A stretch of 59,090 bases of DNA, taken from Phycisphaerales bacterium. Lineage in GTDB: Bacteria > Planctomycetota > Phycisphaerae > WQYP01. The notes beneath the pieces were generated by a model. That model made no database searches. It was not told the origin of the DNA and saw only the letters and a list, made by a program, of their open reading frames with translations. The DNA lies in the NCBI GenBank assembly GCA_027313145.1, contig DAHVEJ010000003.1, forward strand, positions 1 through 59,090, in the 5' to 3' direction. How positions within the stretch are numbered: position 1 is the first letter of the stretch; each line of letters starts with the position of its first letter. Below are positions 48,666 through 58,051 of this stretch, piece by piece. The translations under genes and the position numbers were made by a program.

Positions 48666-49432
48666 AAGACAAGGTGATAATCGTCACGGGCAGCACCACC
48701 GGCATTGGTGAAGCCATTGCCCGGCGCTGCATTGCCGAGGGAGCATCTGTCCTGATTCATGGCACGCGGCGCGACGCGGGTGAACAGGTCATTGCGTCCC
48801 TGGGTGCGGCGGCCACCCTGCATATTGACGATCTATCGGAGGCCGGCGCGGCACCGCGCCTGATCGCGGCGGCGCTATCCGCTTTTGGAAAGCTCGACGG
48901 TCTGGTCAATAACGCCGCTTGGCTGGTGCGCAGCAATATTCATACGACCGACGCCGCACTGTTCGATCGCGCCATGGCCATCAATGTGCGTGCGCCACTG
49001 CTGCTGATCAAGGCGGCGATGGAATCCCTTGAAGCCACCCGGGGCTCCGTGCTCAATATTGGTTCTATCAACGCTTATACCGGTGAAGCCAACCAGCTCG
49101 CCTACAGCGTTTCCAAGGGGGCGTTGATGACGTTATCCCGCAATTTAGCCGACGCACTGGGACGACAGGGCGTGCGCGTGAATCATTTTAACGTAGGCTG
49201 GGTCCTTACGCCTAATGAATATCAACTGAAAATATCAGAGGGGCTCAATCCTCACTGGCCGGAGCATATTCCCGCCGCGTACGCGCCGTCAGGCCGCATT
49301 CTCACCCCGGAGCACATCGCCGGGGCGGCGGTGTACTGGCTAAGTGACGAAAGCCGCCCCATTTCCGGCAGTGTTCTGGAACTGGAACAATATCCTGTCA
49401 TAGGCCGCAATCCACTGAAGGAGGAAAAATAA
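48656..49432 (+). CDS. SDR-family oxidoreductase
   Basis: TGSTTGIG, LVNNAA, NIGS, YSVSK. Confidence 0.93.
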   Translation: MRLKDKVIIVTGSTTGIGEAIARRCIAEGASVLIHGTRRDAGEQVIASLGAAATLHIDDLSEAGAAPRLIAAALSAFGKLDGLVNNAAWLVRSNIHTTDAALFDRAMAINVRAPLLLIKAAMESLEATRGSVLNIGSINAYTGEANQLAYSVSKGALMTLSRNLADALGRQGVRVNHFNVGWVLTPNEYQLKISEGLNPHWPEHIPAAYAPSGRILTPEHIAGAAVYWLSDESRPISGSVLELEQYPVIGRNPLKEEK

Positions 49433-50340
49433 TGCCACAATTGGCCGCATTTCCCAAAGCATTTCTCGATAGTTTATGTGTCGATGGGTCTATACCGCTG
49501 CGGCAGTGGATCGACATGTCGGCCACTCTGGATGTGGACGGATTGGAGTTTTACAGTGGCTTTCTCGATCTCAAAGACATCCGGAATTGGCCCATGTTTC
49601 GCAACATGGTGGAGGATCAGGGCCGAAGTATTCCCATGCTGTGCTGCTCACCAGATTTTACGCATCCCGATCCGGAGTTTCGGAAACGGCAGATTGAATT
49701 GGAAAAACATTGGATCGATATGACCGTCGGCCTGGGTGGGAGGTTTTGCCGCGTGCTTTCCGGCCAGCGCCGGCCGGAGGTGACGCGGAACGATGGTTTG
49801 CGCTACGCCACGGAGTGCATACAACAATGTCTGCCCTACGCGGCGGATCGCGGAATTACGCTGATTCTGGAAAATCACTACAAGGACGGCTATTGGACAT
49901 TCCCCGAATTCGCCCAGAAAATGGATGTTTTTTGCGAGTTGATCGGTTGCATTACAGCACCTAATTTCGGCGTAAACTATGATCCGAGCAATACCATTTT
50001 CGCGGGTGAAGACCCCTTGGAACTCCTGCGCCGAGTCAAAGACCGCGTTGTCACCATGCACGCCAGCGACCGCTATCTGGCACATGGAACCATCGAAGAT
50101 CTGCGCCGCCAGGAGGATGTGATCGGCTACGCCAAACTTCTGCGCCATGGTGTGATCGGCCAGGGGTTAAATGATTACGACGCCATCTTTACGGAATTGC
50201 GGTCGGTCGGCTTTGACGGCTGGATCAGCATCGAAGACGGTGTCGACGGCATGGAGCAATTGCGGCAAAGCGTGATTTTTCTGCGTGATAAAATACGCGC
50301 CCACTGGCCGGGGTTGGAAACCGTAGGAAAGGTAGTTTAG
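49432..50340 (+). CDS. Sugar phosphate isomerase/epimerase (xylose isomerase-like TIM barrel)
   Basis: LENHYKD, NYDPSN, MHASD, WISIED. Confidence 0.88.
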   Translation: MPQLAAFPKAFLDSLCVDGSIPLRQWIDMSATLDVDGLEFYSGFLDLKDIRNWPMFRNMVEDQGRSIPMLCCSPDFTHPDPEFRKRQIELEKHWIDMTVGLGGRFCRVLSGQRRPEVTRNDGLRYATECIQQCLPYAADRGITLILENHYKDGYWTFPEFAQKMDVFCELIGCITAPNFGVNYDPSNTIFAGEDPLELLRRVKDRVVTMHASDRYLAHGTIEDLRRQEDVIGYAKLLRHGVIGQGLNDYDAIFTELRSVGFDGWISIEDGVDGMEQLRQSVIFLRDKIRAHWPGLETVGKVV

Positions 50341-50341
50341 G

Positions 50342-51775
50342 ATGGCGATGAACGTGAGTACTGTTTGCACGGTGGCTGATACGGCCGAACAGCCGGTAAA
50401 TCGTACCTACCGCGGTCCGTTTGCCATCATGACCATCCTATTTTTCATGTGGGGGTTCATGACGGTCTGGAATGATATTCTCATTCCACGTTTCAAAGAA
50501 GCCTTTACGCTGAATTACTTCCAAGTGATGCTGATCCAATTTGCATTTTTTGGGGCGTACACTTTCGGTTCCTTGATCTACTACTTGATTTCCATGTTCT
50601 GGGGCGATCCGATTAACCGTATCGGCTATAAGAACGGCGTCATCATCGGCCTGCTGATTGCGGCGGCGGGAAGCATTCTGTTTTACCCCGCGGCGATATT
50701 AATATCCTATCCGTTTTTCCTTATGGCGCTGTTTATCGTGGGCATCGGATTTGCCATGCTGCAAATTGCCGCCAATCCATACATTACTATTTTAGGGCCG
50801 GAGCGCACCGCTTCCAGTCGGCTGAATCTCTCGCAGGCCTTTAATTCCTTCGGCACCACCATCGGCCCGATTATTGCGGGCTGGTTGATTTTTAAAGTGT
50901 TTAATGGGCCGGGAAGTCATGGTGCCCAGTCGGTGAAAATTCCGTATCTTTGCGTAGGCGGTGTATTCCTGATACTGGCGGTCTGTTTTATGTTTGCCCA
51001 TTTGCCGAATTTTACGAATACCGAACACGTCACACGCGGCGCTGGTGCCCTAAAACACCCGCATACCGTACTGGGGATGGTCGCTATATTCATGTATGTT
51101 GGCGGTGAGGTTTGCGTGGGCAGTTCCATTATCAATTTTCTGAATCTGCCCAGGCTCGGCGGACTTAGCCATGAAGCCGCCTCCAAGTTTCTGGCATTTT
51201 ACTGGGGAGGATTAATGATTGGCCGTTTCATGGGGGCATTCGCGTTAAGCGATGTCCGAAGGTGGCTGCGAAACACGGTTGTGGTATTACTCCCGGTGGC
51301 GGCTTTTGTCACGATCTGGGTGCTCTCCGGGCAGGCGAACGCACTGCACTATGGTGTGATGCTGGCGGTGATGCTCGTGGCATTTTTTCTTGGATCAGCA
51401 AGCCCACAGCGGATGTTGGCGTTGTTCAGCTTTATTATTATCGCCCTGCTGCTGACGGGTATGTTGTCCGCCGGCGCTGCGGCGATATGGACCATACTGG
51501 GTATTGGTCTATTTGATTCCGTCATGTGGTCCAACATCTTTTCGCTGGCAATTGAGGGGCTTGGCGCACTGAAAAGCCAAGCGGCATCGTTGCTGATGAT
51601 GTCGGTATTCGGCGGTGCGCTGATGCCGCCATTGCAAGGTATTGTCGCGGATCATTTCGGAATTCAGTTCTCATTTATTGTTCCGATGATATCGTATGTG
51701 TATATCGCATTTTATGGATTGTATGGCTACCGCGCGGGGCGGCGGACACAAGCGGTTCCTGCTGGGACTGCATAG
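50342..51775 (+). CDS. MFS sugar:H+ symporter, FucP/GluP family
   Basis: LFFMWGF, DILIP, QFAFFGAY, LQIAANPY, RLNLSQAFNSFGT, YVGGEV. Confidence 0.92.
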   Translation: MAMNVSTVCTVADTAEQPVNRTYRGPFAIMTILFFMWGFMTVWNDILIPRFKEAFTLNYFQVMLIQFAFFGAYTFGSLIYYLISMFWGDPINRIGYKNGVIIGLLIAAAGSILFYPAAILISYPFFLMALFIVGIGFAMLQIAANPYITILGPERTASSRLNLSQAFNSFGTTIGPIIAGWLIFKVFNGPGSHGAQSVKIPYLCVGGVFLILAVCFMFAHLPNFTNTEHVTRGAGALKHPHTVLGMVAIFMYVGGEVCVGSSIINFLNLPRLGGLSHEAASKFLAFYWGGLMIGRFMGAFALSDVRRWLRNTVVVLLPVAAFVTIWVLSGQANALHYGVMLAVMLVAFFLGSASPQRMLALFSFIIIALLLTGMLSAGAAAIWTILGIGLFDSVMWSNIFSLAIEGLGALKSQAASLLMMSVFGGALMPPLQGIVADHFGIQFSFIVPMISYVYIAFYGLYGYRAGRRTQAVPAGTA

Positions 51776-51814
51776 CCTGTTTCCCAGCCATGGTCCGGCG
51801 GAAAAAATTATTGC

Positions 51815-53023
51815 GTGAGTTTAACAATGCGTTCAAAACAAATGCTGACCGTGGCCTTGATCATTGAATCCGGACGCGCCTTTGGCCGCGGATTGTTACG
51901 TGGAATCGCCCGTTACGCCCGCACGCAAGGCAACTGGTCTATCGTGTACCACCCATGGGAATGGGATGATAAAACACCACGCTGGCTCATGCAGGCTAGA
52001 TGTGACGGTGTCATTGCGCGTATCGACTCCGTTGCACTGCTTCATGCGTTGCAGCGACTGAAGGTTCCTGTGGTCGACGTTCGTCGGAAATTCCGCACGC
52101 CGGGGATACCCATGGTCGGCAGCGAGTACCGCCTCATCGCCCAACTGGCCGCCGATCATTTGCGCGAGAGGGGATTCCGTAATTTTGCATATTGCGGCTA
52201 CGCCGGAGTAGACTATTCAGCCCGGCGTCGCGATGATTTCTCCGATTATCTCGGTAAACATCATTATAAAACGCTGATCTATGAAGGAGGCACGCCGCAT
52301 GTCACCGCGACGTGGGAGCGGGAATCCGCCGCCATGTACCACGAACGGGAACTCGGTGCGTGGCTGGCAAAACTTCCCAAGCCCATCGGTCTGATGGCAT
52401 GTAACGACATGCGCGGGCGACAAGTTCTTAATGCCTGCCGTATCCGCGATATTACGGTCCCTGACGAGGTGGCGGTTATCGGAGTGGATAATGATGAGGT
52501 GCTTTGCGATTTGGCTGATCCTCGGCTTAGCAGCGTCATTCCGGCCACGGATCGAATCGGATACCAGGCCGCGACGTTATTAGATGATATGATGCGAGGC
52601 ACTCGGTATCTATCTCAGGAAGTCTGTATTGCACCACTGGGCGTAGCGACGCGGCGATCCACTGATGTTCTGGCGGTGGAAGATCCCCGGGTGGCAATGG
52701 CGCTTCGTTTTATTCGTGACCATGCCTGTGAAGGTATTACTGTCGAAGATGTGCTGAACGATCTTAGCACTAATCATTCCATGGAAATGTCACGCAGTAC
52801 GCTTGATCACCGCTTTATTGAAATTTTGGAGCATTCTCCAAAGGTGGAAATAATGCTGGTACGACTCCAACGCATGAAGCAACTGCTGGTGGACACAGAT
52901 TGGACCTTGCCGGAAATTGCTGCGCGGGTGGGAATTCAGCATGCCGAATATTTGAGCACGTTGTTCAAAAGCAAGTTTGGTCAGACGCCGGGAGAATTCC
53001 GCCGATCTATGCGGCATCCATAA
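51815..53023 (+). CDS. XylR-type regulator (sensor domain + AraC HTH)
   Basis: GRGLLRGIARY, LPKPIGLMACND, VIGVDND, RRSTD, FGQTPGEFRR. Confidence 0.92.
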   Translation: MSLTMRSKQMLTVALIIESGRAFGRGLLRGIARYARTQGNWSIVYHPWEWDDKTPRWLMQARCDGVIARIDSVALLHALQRLKVPVVDVRRKFRTPGIPMVGSEYRLIAQLAADHLRERGFRNFAYCGYAGVDYSARRRDDFSDYLGKHHYKTLIYEGGTPHVTATWERESAAMYHERELGAWLAKLPKPIGLMACNDMRGRQVLNACRIRDITVPDEVAVIGVDNDEVLCDLADPRLSSVIPATDRIGYQAATLLDDMMRGTRYLSQEVCIAPLGVATRRSTDVLAVEDPRVAMALRFIRDHACEGITVEDVLNDLSTNHSMEMSRSTLDHRFIEILEHSPKVEIMLVRLQRMKQLLVDTDWTLPEIAARVGIQHAEYLSTLFKSKFGQTPGEFRRSMRHP

Positions 53024-53035
53024 TAAATAACACCG

Positions 53036-53977
53036 TTGGTATTGAGGAAACTAGCCTTGTACAAGCATAAAGCCACGGAGCCGACCTTAATCGGCATCGG
53101 CAAGATTCTATGGGATCAACTTCCAATGGGGCGGAAACTCGGTGGCGCGCCGGCTAATTTTGCCTACCATGTTCAGGTGTTGGGGTCGCATGCCACCGTC
53201 ATCAGTGCTGTCGGAAAGGATGAAGCAGGTAAAGATATTCTGAAAGCTATGGAGCAGCTCGGACTCAACCGTAAGTTTGTCGCGCTGGATAGTCAACATC
53301 CCACCGGAATCGTAACAGTGAGCATTGATAACCAAGGCATTCCAGCCTACAGCATCCGTGAAAATACCGCATGGGATTTTATATCTTTTCATCCGGAGAT
53401 GGAATCTCTGGCGCATACGGCGGATGTGGTCTGCTTTGGATCGCTATGCCAGCGATCTCCGGAATCCCGTAGAACAATACAGAGTGTTCTCGGCGCTACC
53501 CGGAAGCACTGCAAACGTATTTTCGACATCAATCTGCGGCAATCTTATTATTCACAATCGGTGATTGAAGAAAGTCTGCAATTATCAAACGTTCTTAAAA
53601 TCAACGATGACGAACTCAATATTCTGACGAAAATGCTGGACCTGCGCGAAAGCACATCAAACCAGATTACACAACTGTTTCGGATGTTTCCGCTGGAACT
53701 GATAGCTCTGACACGCGGCGAACATGGTGCAGTTGTATACACGCCATCGGCAATATCCGAATGCAGCGGCTTCCCGGTAGTCGTTGTCGATACAGTGGGT
53801 GCTGGCGATGCCTACACGGCGGCTCTGGCCTTGGGACTTCTGGCCGGAGATTCTCTCGATGATATTAATCGCCGGGCCTGCTGTCTGGCGGCGTTTGTCT
53901 GTTCGCGACAGGGAGCTACGCCGGAACTACCAACGGAACTTGCATCAAAACTTTTTGTAACAGATATAGGAGGTTAA
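53036..53977 (+). CDS. PfkB-family carbohydrate kinase (fructokinase-like)
   Basis: GGAPANFAYH, FGSLCQR, FDINLRQ, LTRGEHG, VDTVGAGDAY; start uncertain. Confidence 0.9.
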   Translation: MVLRKLALYKHKATEPTLIGIGKILWDQLPMGRKLGGAPANFAYHVQVLGSHATVISAVGKDEAGKDILKAMEQLGLNRKFVALDSQHPTGIVTVSIDNQGIPAYSIRENTAWDFISFHPEMESLAHTADVVCFGSLCQRSPESRRTIQSVLGATRKHCKRIFDINLRQSYYSQSVIEESLQLSNVLKINDDELNILTKMLDLRESTSNQITQLFRMFPLELIALTRGEHGAVVYTPSAISECSGFPVVVVDTVGAGDAYTAALALGLLAGDSLDDINRRACCLAAFVCSRQGATPELPTELASKLFVTDIGG

Positions 53978-53980
53978 TGG

Positions 53981-54796
53981 ATGCCAATTGGACGTGACCT
54001 TATCGACGACATCGACCAATTCTTGCCGAAACAAAATGAACTGGGTATCTGGTGGCTCGGGCAACATAGCTTCGTTTTGAAGATCGCGGATAAAATCATT
54101 TATCTGGATCCGTTCCTCAGCGGCGTCGAAGGGCGACAAGTGGCACCGCTGCTGGAAGCCTCGCAGATTCACCATGCTTATGTGATTTGCGGTTCGCATG
54201 ATCATGCCGACCATATTGACCGTCCCGTCTGGCCAGCGATGGCGATGGCGGCACCAGATGCGAAATTCGTCGTGCCCGAACTGCTGCGTTTGAGTTTGGC
54301 ACGAGATCTCAGCATAACTCCAGATCGCTTCGTGGGCCTCAATGACGGCCAAACCGCGGATATTGGGGCAGTACGCGTTAGCGCCATTGCGGCGGCACAT
54401 GAACTGCTGGCTCCCGACCCAGTGAGCGGTCAGTATCCTTGTTTGGGATTCATTATCGAGGCTGCAGGCTGGACGATCTATCACGCTGGCGATACGTGTT
54501 TATATGAAGGTATGACCACAAAACTGCGGCGATGGCAGCACGATCTAATGATTTTGCCGATCAATGGCCGTGATGCGAAACGTCACGCCGCCGGGATTAT
54601 AGGTAACATGACTTACCAAGAGGCGGCCGACCTCGCCGGTGCCTTACGACCGCGCTGGGTAATACCGGCACACTACGAGATGTTCGCATCTAACAGCGTC
54701 GATCCCCGTGATTTCGTGGAATTCTGCCGAGTCAAATATCCCGCAATTCAAACCCATGTCTGTATGCACGGGGATCGCCTGGTATTGTGCAAATGA
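53981..54796 (+). CDS. MBL-fold metallohydrolase, UlaG (L-ascorbate-6-P lactonase)-like
   Basis: WWLGQ, SHDHADH, YHAGDT, LPING, GNM, IPAHY; AGGAGG RBS. Confidence 0.88.
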   Translation: MPIGRDLIDDIDQFLPKQNELGIWWLGQHSFVLKIADKIIYLDPFLSGVEGRQVAPLLEASQIHHAYVICGSHDHADHIDRPVWPAMAMAAPDAKFVVPELLRLSLARDLSITPDRFVGLNDGQTADIGAVRVSAIAAAHELLAPDPVSGQYPCLGFIIEAAGWTIYHAGDTCLYEGMTTKLRRWQHDLMILPINGRDAKRHAAGIIGNMTYQEAADLAGALRPRWVIPAHYEMFASNSVDPRDFVEFCRVKYPAIQTHVCMHGDRLVLCK

Positions 54797-54919
54797 GCGA
54801 CTGGTCGAGGAAGTGAATACAGACAACCGTTCGCTTGGAAGTATACACCACGAAACCGGCTCCCATGGAAGCACCGGGAAATGCGCCAATCTTGATCGCG
54901 TGGATTATACTCCAATCGG

Positions 54920-55038
54920 CCTTCAATGGGACAAATTAGGCGGTGCAATGCGTTGTACCGTAGACATCTTGCCTGCATCGGGAACACGACAAAAGCAGGC
55001 GGGACGCCTGCGGTATTTACGCCGTCCTTGCCTTCGTG
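54920..55038 (+). repeat. Dispersed ~120-bp REP/REPIN-like element, copy 2
   Basis: Matches the reverse complement of 37741-37868; contains inverted arms GTACCGTAGACATCTTGCCTGC and GCAGGCGGGACGCCTGCGGTAT. Confidence 0.8.
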
Positions 55039-55244
55039 ACTGAGTTTCATCAATGGCCGCGAGGAGTATAGACCGGAATTTTGGCGAGAAAAACACATAA
55101 CACCTTTTTAAATAACGATTTATATCGATTTTCGGATTCTTGGCATTGGAACAAGAACCATTGAAAATCAAGGAAATTTGCGTTTTTTTACATGGGTGCA
55201 TATTCCCGCCAAAAAACGCCCTGGAAATTCACTAAAAGCAATGA

Positions 55245-55512
55245 CATCAAGGGTTTTATCGTAAAAAAATCAGATTTTTCGGGCTAAACTCCAGTTTAGG
55301 TTTTGCGAGGCGTTACAGCTTTCACCGGACGAAATTGCACAAGGTGCCTCGAAAACAAGCGGTTTTGTCCGCAATTCATCAGAAGGATTGGTAGAAAATA
55401 GCCAGAAATCGTTGTAAATCATGATTCCTTATCTCGAACTCACGTTAAAAACACAACACCATCAGGGGTTTTCTCTTCTGAAAACGAAAATTTCGCGGCT
55501 AAACTCCGGTTT
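55245..55512. repeat. Imperfect ~53-bp direct repeat pair in AT-rich DNA
   Basis: CATCAAGGGTTT...GGCTAAACTCCAGTTT (55245-55297) and CATCAGGGGTTT...GGCTAAACTCCGGTTT (55460-55512); both blocks are offset by 215 bp. Confidence 0.65.
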
Positions 55513-55554
55513 GGATGGCAGCTCGAAAAAAACATTTCTCAACCCTAAAATATA

Positions 55555-55806
55555 TCATGGAATATGCGATGCAGGCGGCATATTGTCATCGGATAATGGC
55601 ACGGTTTGATCATTTATTTTTCGCCATGGAGATTCCAGATTCATTAAATGCGATGGGTGTCTATTAGAAAGCCTCCGTGCTCTGCGGCGACCATGAACCG
55701 CAAAAATCACCGCGAACACCAGAGGCTGTGCGGCCACAATCCATAACAATGTCATCATATTTTCTGACCCCATTTGGACGCATAAGACATCCCCAGTCCG
55801 AAACAC
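55555..55806 (-). CDS. Possible small membrane protein
   Basis: One hydrophobic helix followed by basic RRRARR; co-oriented with the recombinase; start uncertain. Confidence 0.3.
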   Translation of the reverse strand: MFRTGDVLCVQMGSENMMTLLWIVAAQPLVFAVIFAVHGRRRARRLSNRHPSHLMNLESPWRKINDQTVPLSDDNMPPASHIP

Positions 55807-55910
55807 AATATCCGGTATTACTGAGGGGCAACGACAGCTAACTTGTTCACACTTCCCGTAGTAATGTTTATCGGACAGACTGGCGGAAAAGGTTTAAAGA
55901 TTGCACCAGT

Positions 55911-57869
55911 TCACGCGGCCAGTGGTAAGCGGCGGCACTTGACGCACCCATCGTGACGAACGTCCTCTTTCCTACAAGTAAAAACAGCCAAAATAACGCT
56001 ATTTTCGGGGTGGGTCTCGATGAGTGGTTTGTATACAGATAGCGCATCGAGACCCACCTGCGGCGAAGACTTGCAGGCTTGAGCCATCCAAGATGGCAAG
56101 GCAAAGACGATTTCCACCTCGCGGGTCTCCAAGTCAACTTCCATCCGTTCAACCAGTAGCTCCAGCAATTTAGCAATTCCGGGTATATCCATGGGATCAA
56201 GTTTCTGGCCAAATTCTTGCAAATCATTGGCTAGTTTTTCAATTGAAACTTTGGGGTCACTACGTGGCTGTTGCGGATCGGTCTGGGCATACTTCACTCG
56301 CTGTTCCATGTCGCTTATTTTTCTCTTGATTTCGGCGACTTTGCGGCTTAATGCATCATCTTCGTTTTCTACATTGACATCATCGGCCAATAGGGCAAGC
56401 TGGTTGCGAAAACGCTTCATTTCCTTGCGATATTGCTCCACATTCTGCCGTTCGGGTTGCTGCTTTTGCTCATTGGCGAGTATCTGTTTTAGCCCCTCCA
56501 TGAGGTCTGGTTTGTTTAGTAGCGTTGCGCGAAGGATTTCCATAACAGCCTGTTCCAACGGTTCAGCGGGGATACGATGTCGGAGAAGATTATCGCTTTT
56601 TGGTACCGACTGGGCGCGTGAGACTGCGTAATACTGATGCGTATGGCCTTTTTTGCCGCTCTGTCTGCCCGTCATCGGGTGGTGTCCCTGCTTGCTATGG
56701 AGTATGCGTTTGAGGAGATATTGACTTTGCAGGTGCCGATCACGCTGGGGATGGGGCGATTTCCCATCGGCTATGGAATCCAGATACCGTTCAATTCTGG
56801 CCGTGGCCAATTCGCGGATTTCGGTTGGCAGAAATTCCACCAACTGCGGCTGCGCCTGCTCCACCCATTGATCGCGCGTTCTTCGTCGCTGCCGGGGCCG
56901 CCGACGATTGGCCAGTTCGGCCATATCCACTTCTGATGGAATGGGTTGCGCTTCCCCACCATTGAAGAAGATCCCTGTTTTTCGGCGATAGCGAATCCCT
57001 CGGCCTACATAGATGGGGTTACGGAGAATGTGTTGTACCGCACTGGTATTCCATTCCCGTCCAGAGGGAGATGCGATTCCAGTATCGTTAAGATGTTTTG
57101 CAATTTTATGGGGACTTTTATGTTGAACATCGTGAAGATGAAAAATCAGAACGACCACCGCCACCAACTTGGGATCTCCGGGAATTAGCCGTACCTGCTC
57201 GCTTTTCTGTTTGAGATAATGATTCGGGATTCCCCGGTGCGTGTTACGCCCGAACCGACGCATAAGCTCACCGGTCTTGGCATTCCATTGCTCTTGCGTA
57301 CCATCGGGTAGATTGCGTATAAAATGTTGATCTTCATTATTTTCGGAATACATGCGGTCTATTCCGAATGGGGGCTTGCGGCTATACGGTGAACGACCGG
57401 CCAAAAAGCTATTGGTGGTGCCCGACGTGGCACCATAGGCAATTCGTTTGACCGACTCCCTCGCAGCACTGAATAGAAAGGAGATGTACATTTCGGCCAT
57501 CTCGTTATCCACAAGGATGTTTTCGGCTAAAAAGTAGACCATAATGCCCGCTGCGCGCAGATCATAGATAAGTTTCTGGCCATGCCCTTGACCGGCACGG
57601 GTGAACCGTGTTGCATCCTGCACGATGAGCAGTTGGAAGTCATCGCGTGTTTTTTTCCGTTGGATGATTGTGTCAATATCGGTGCGGTTTCCGGGAATCG
57701 ATCCGGTCACACCCTCCAGTAACTCTTCATGGACGACATAAAGTTGGTTTTCACGGATACAGTCCTCCGTGGTCAGCCCTTGGTTCGTGATGCTGGTGGC
57801 GACCTGCGCCGAACTACTGCAACGCTTTAGTACGACGCAGTGCATACCCTTAATCTTTGGCTGTAGCAT
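55911..57869 (-). CDS. Large serine recombinase (integrase-type)
   Basis: LKRCSSSAQ catalytic Ser region, DATRFTR, PPFGI, IAKHLNDTGI...W....VQHILRNPIYVG, YLLKRIL, coiled coil; AGGAGG before ATG 57869. Confidence 0.88.
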   Translation of the reverse strand: MLQPKIKGMHCVVLKRCSSSAQVATSITNQGLTTEDCIRENQLYVVHEELLEGVTGSIPGNRTDIDTIIQRKKTRDDFQLLIVQDATRFTRAGQGHGQKLIYDLRAAGIMVYFLAENILVDNEMAEMYISFLFSAARESVKRIAYGATSGTTNSFLAGRSPYSRKPPFGIDRMYSENNEDQHFIRNLPDGTQEQWNAKTGELMRRFGRNTHRGIPNHYLKQKSEQVRLIPGDPKLVAVVVLIFHLHDVQHKSPHKIAKHLNDTGIASPSGREWNTSAVQHILRNPIYVGRGIRYRRKTGIFFNGGEAQPIPSEVDMAELANRRRPRQRRRTRDQWVEQAQPQLVEFLPTEIRELATARIERYLDSIADGKSPHPQRDRHLQSQYLLKRILHSKQGHHPMTGRQSGKKGHTHQYYAVSRAQSVPKSDNLLRHRIPAEPLEQAVMEILRATLLNKPDLMEGLKQILANEQKQQPERQNVEQYRKEMKRFRNQLALLADDVNVENEDDALSRKVAEIKRKISDMEQRVKYAQTDPQQPRSDPKVSIEKLANDLQEFGQKLDPMDIPGIAKLLELLVERMEVDLETREVEIVFALPSWMAQACKSSPQVGLDALSVYKPLIETHPENSVILAVFTCRKEDVRHDGCVKCRRLPLAA

Positions 57870-58047
57870 AAATGTGCTCCTCCTGGCTGATACGCTGACG
57901 AACCCATTCCGCCAGAAACGTATTGACAGCCATCGTGAATCGCCGTTCTTCCTCTTGCGTTTGGAGTCGAACGCTGATCCTACATTTACCTCTGTTCGAG
58001 AATTGAGGTACAACATCCTTTATTTGGTTTTCGTTTTGATCAGTCAT
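57850..58047 (-). CDS. Small hypothetical protein overlapping the recombinase start
   Basis: 65 aa; starts 4 bp after the upstream stop and overlaps the recombinase start by 20 bp. Confidence 0.55.
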   Translation of the reverse strand: MTDQNENQIKDVVPQFSNRGKCRISVRLQTQEEERRFTMAVNTFLAEWVRQRISQEEHIYATAKD

Positions 58048-58051
58048 GGGA

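Noticed and set aside
55245-55512. CRISPR array
   Set aside because: Only two imperfect units with a 215-bp period, and no cas genes
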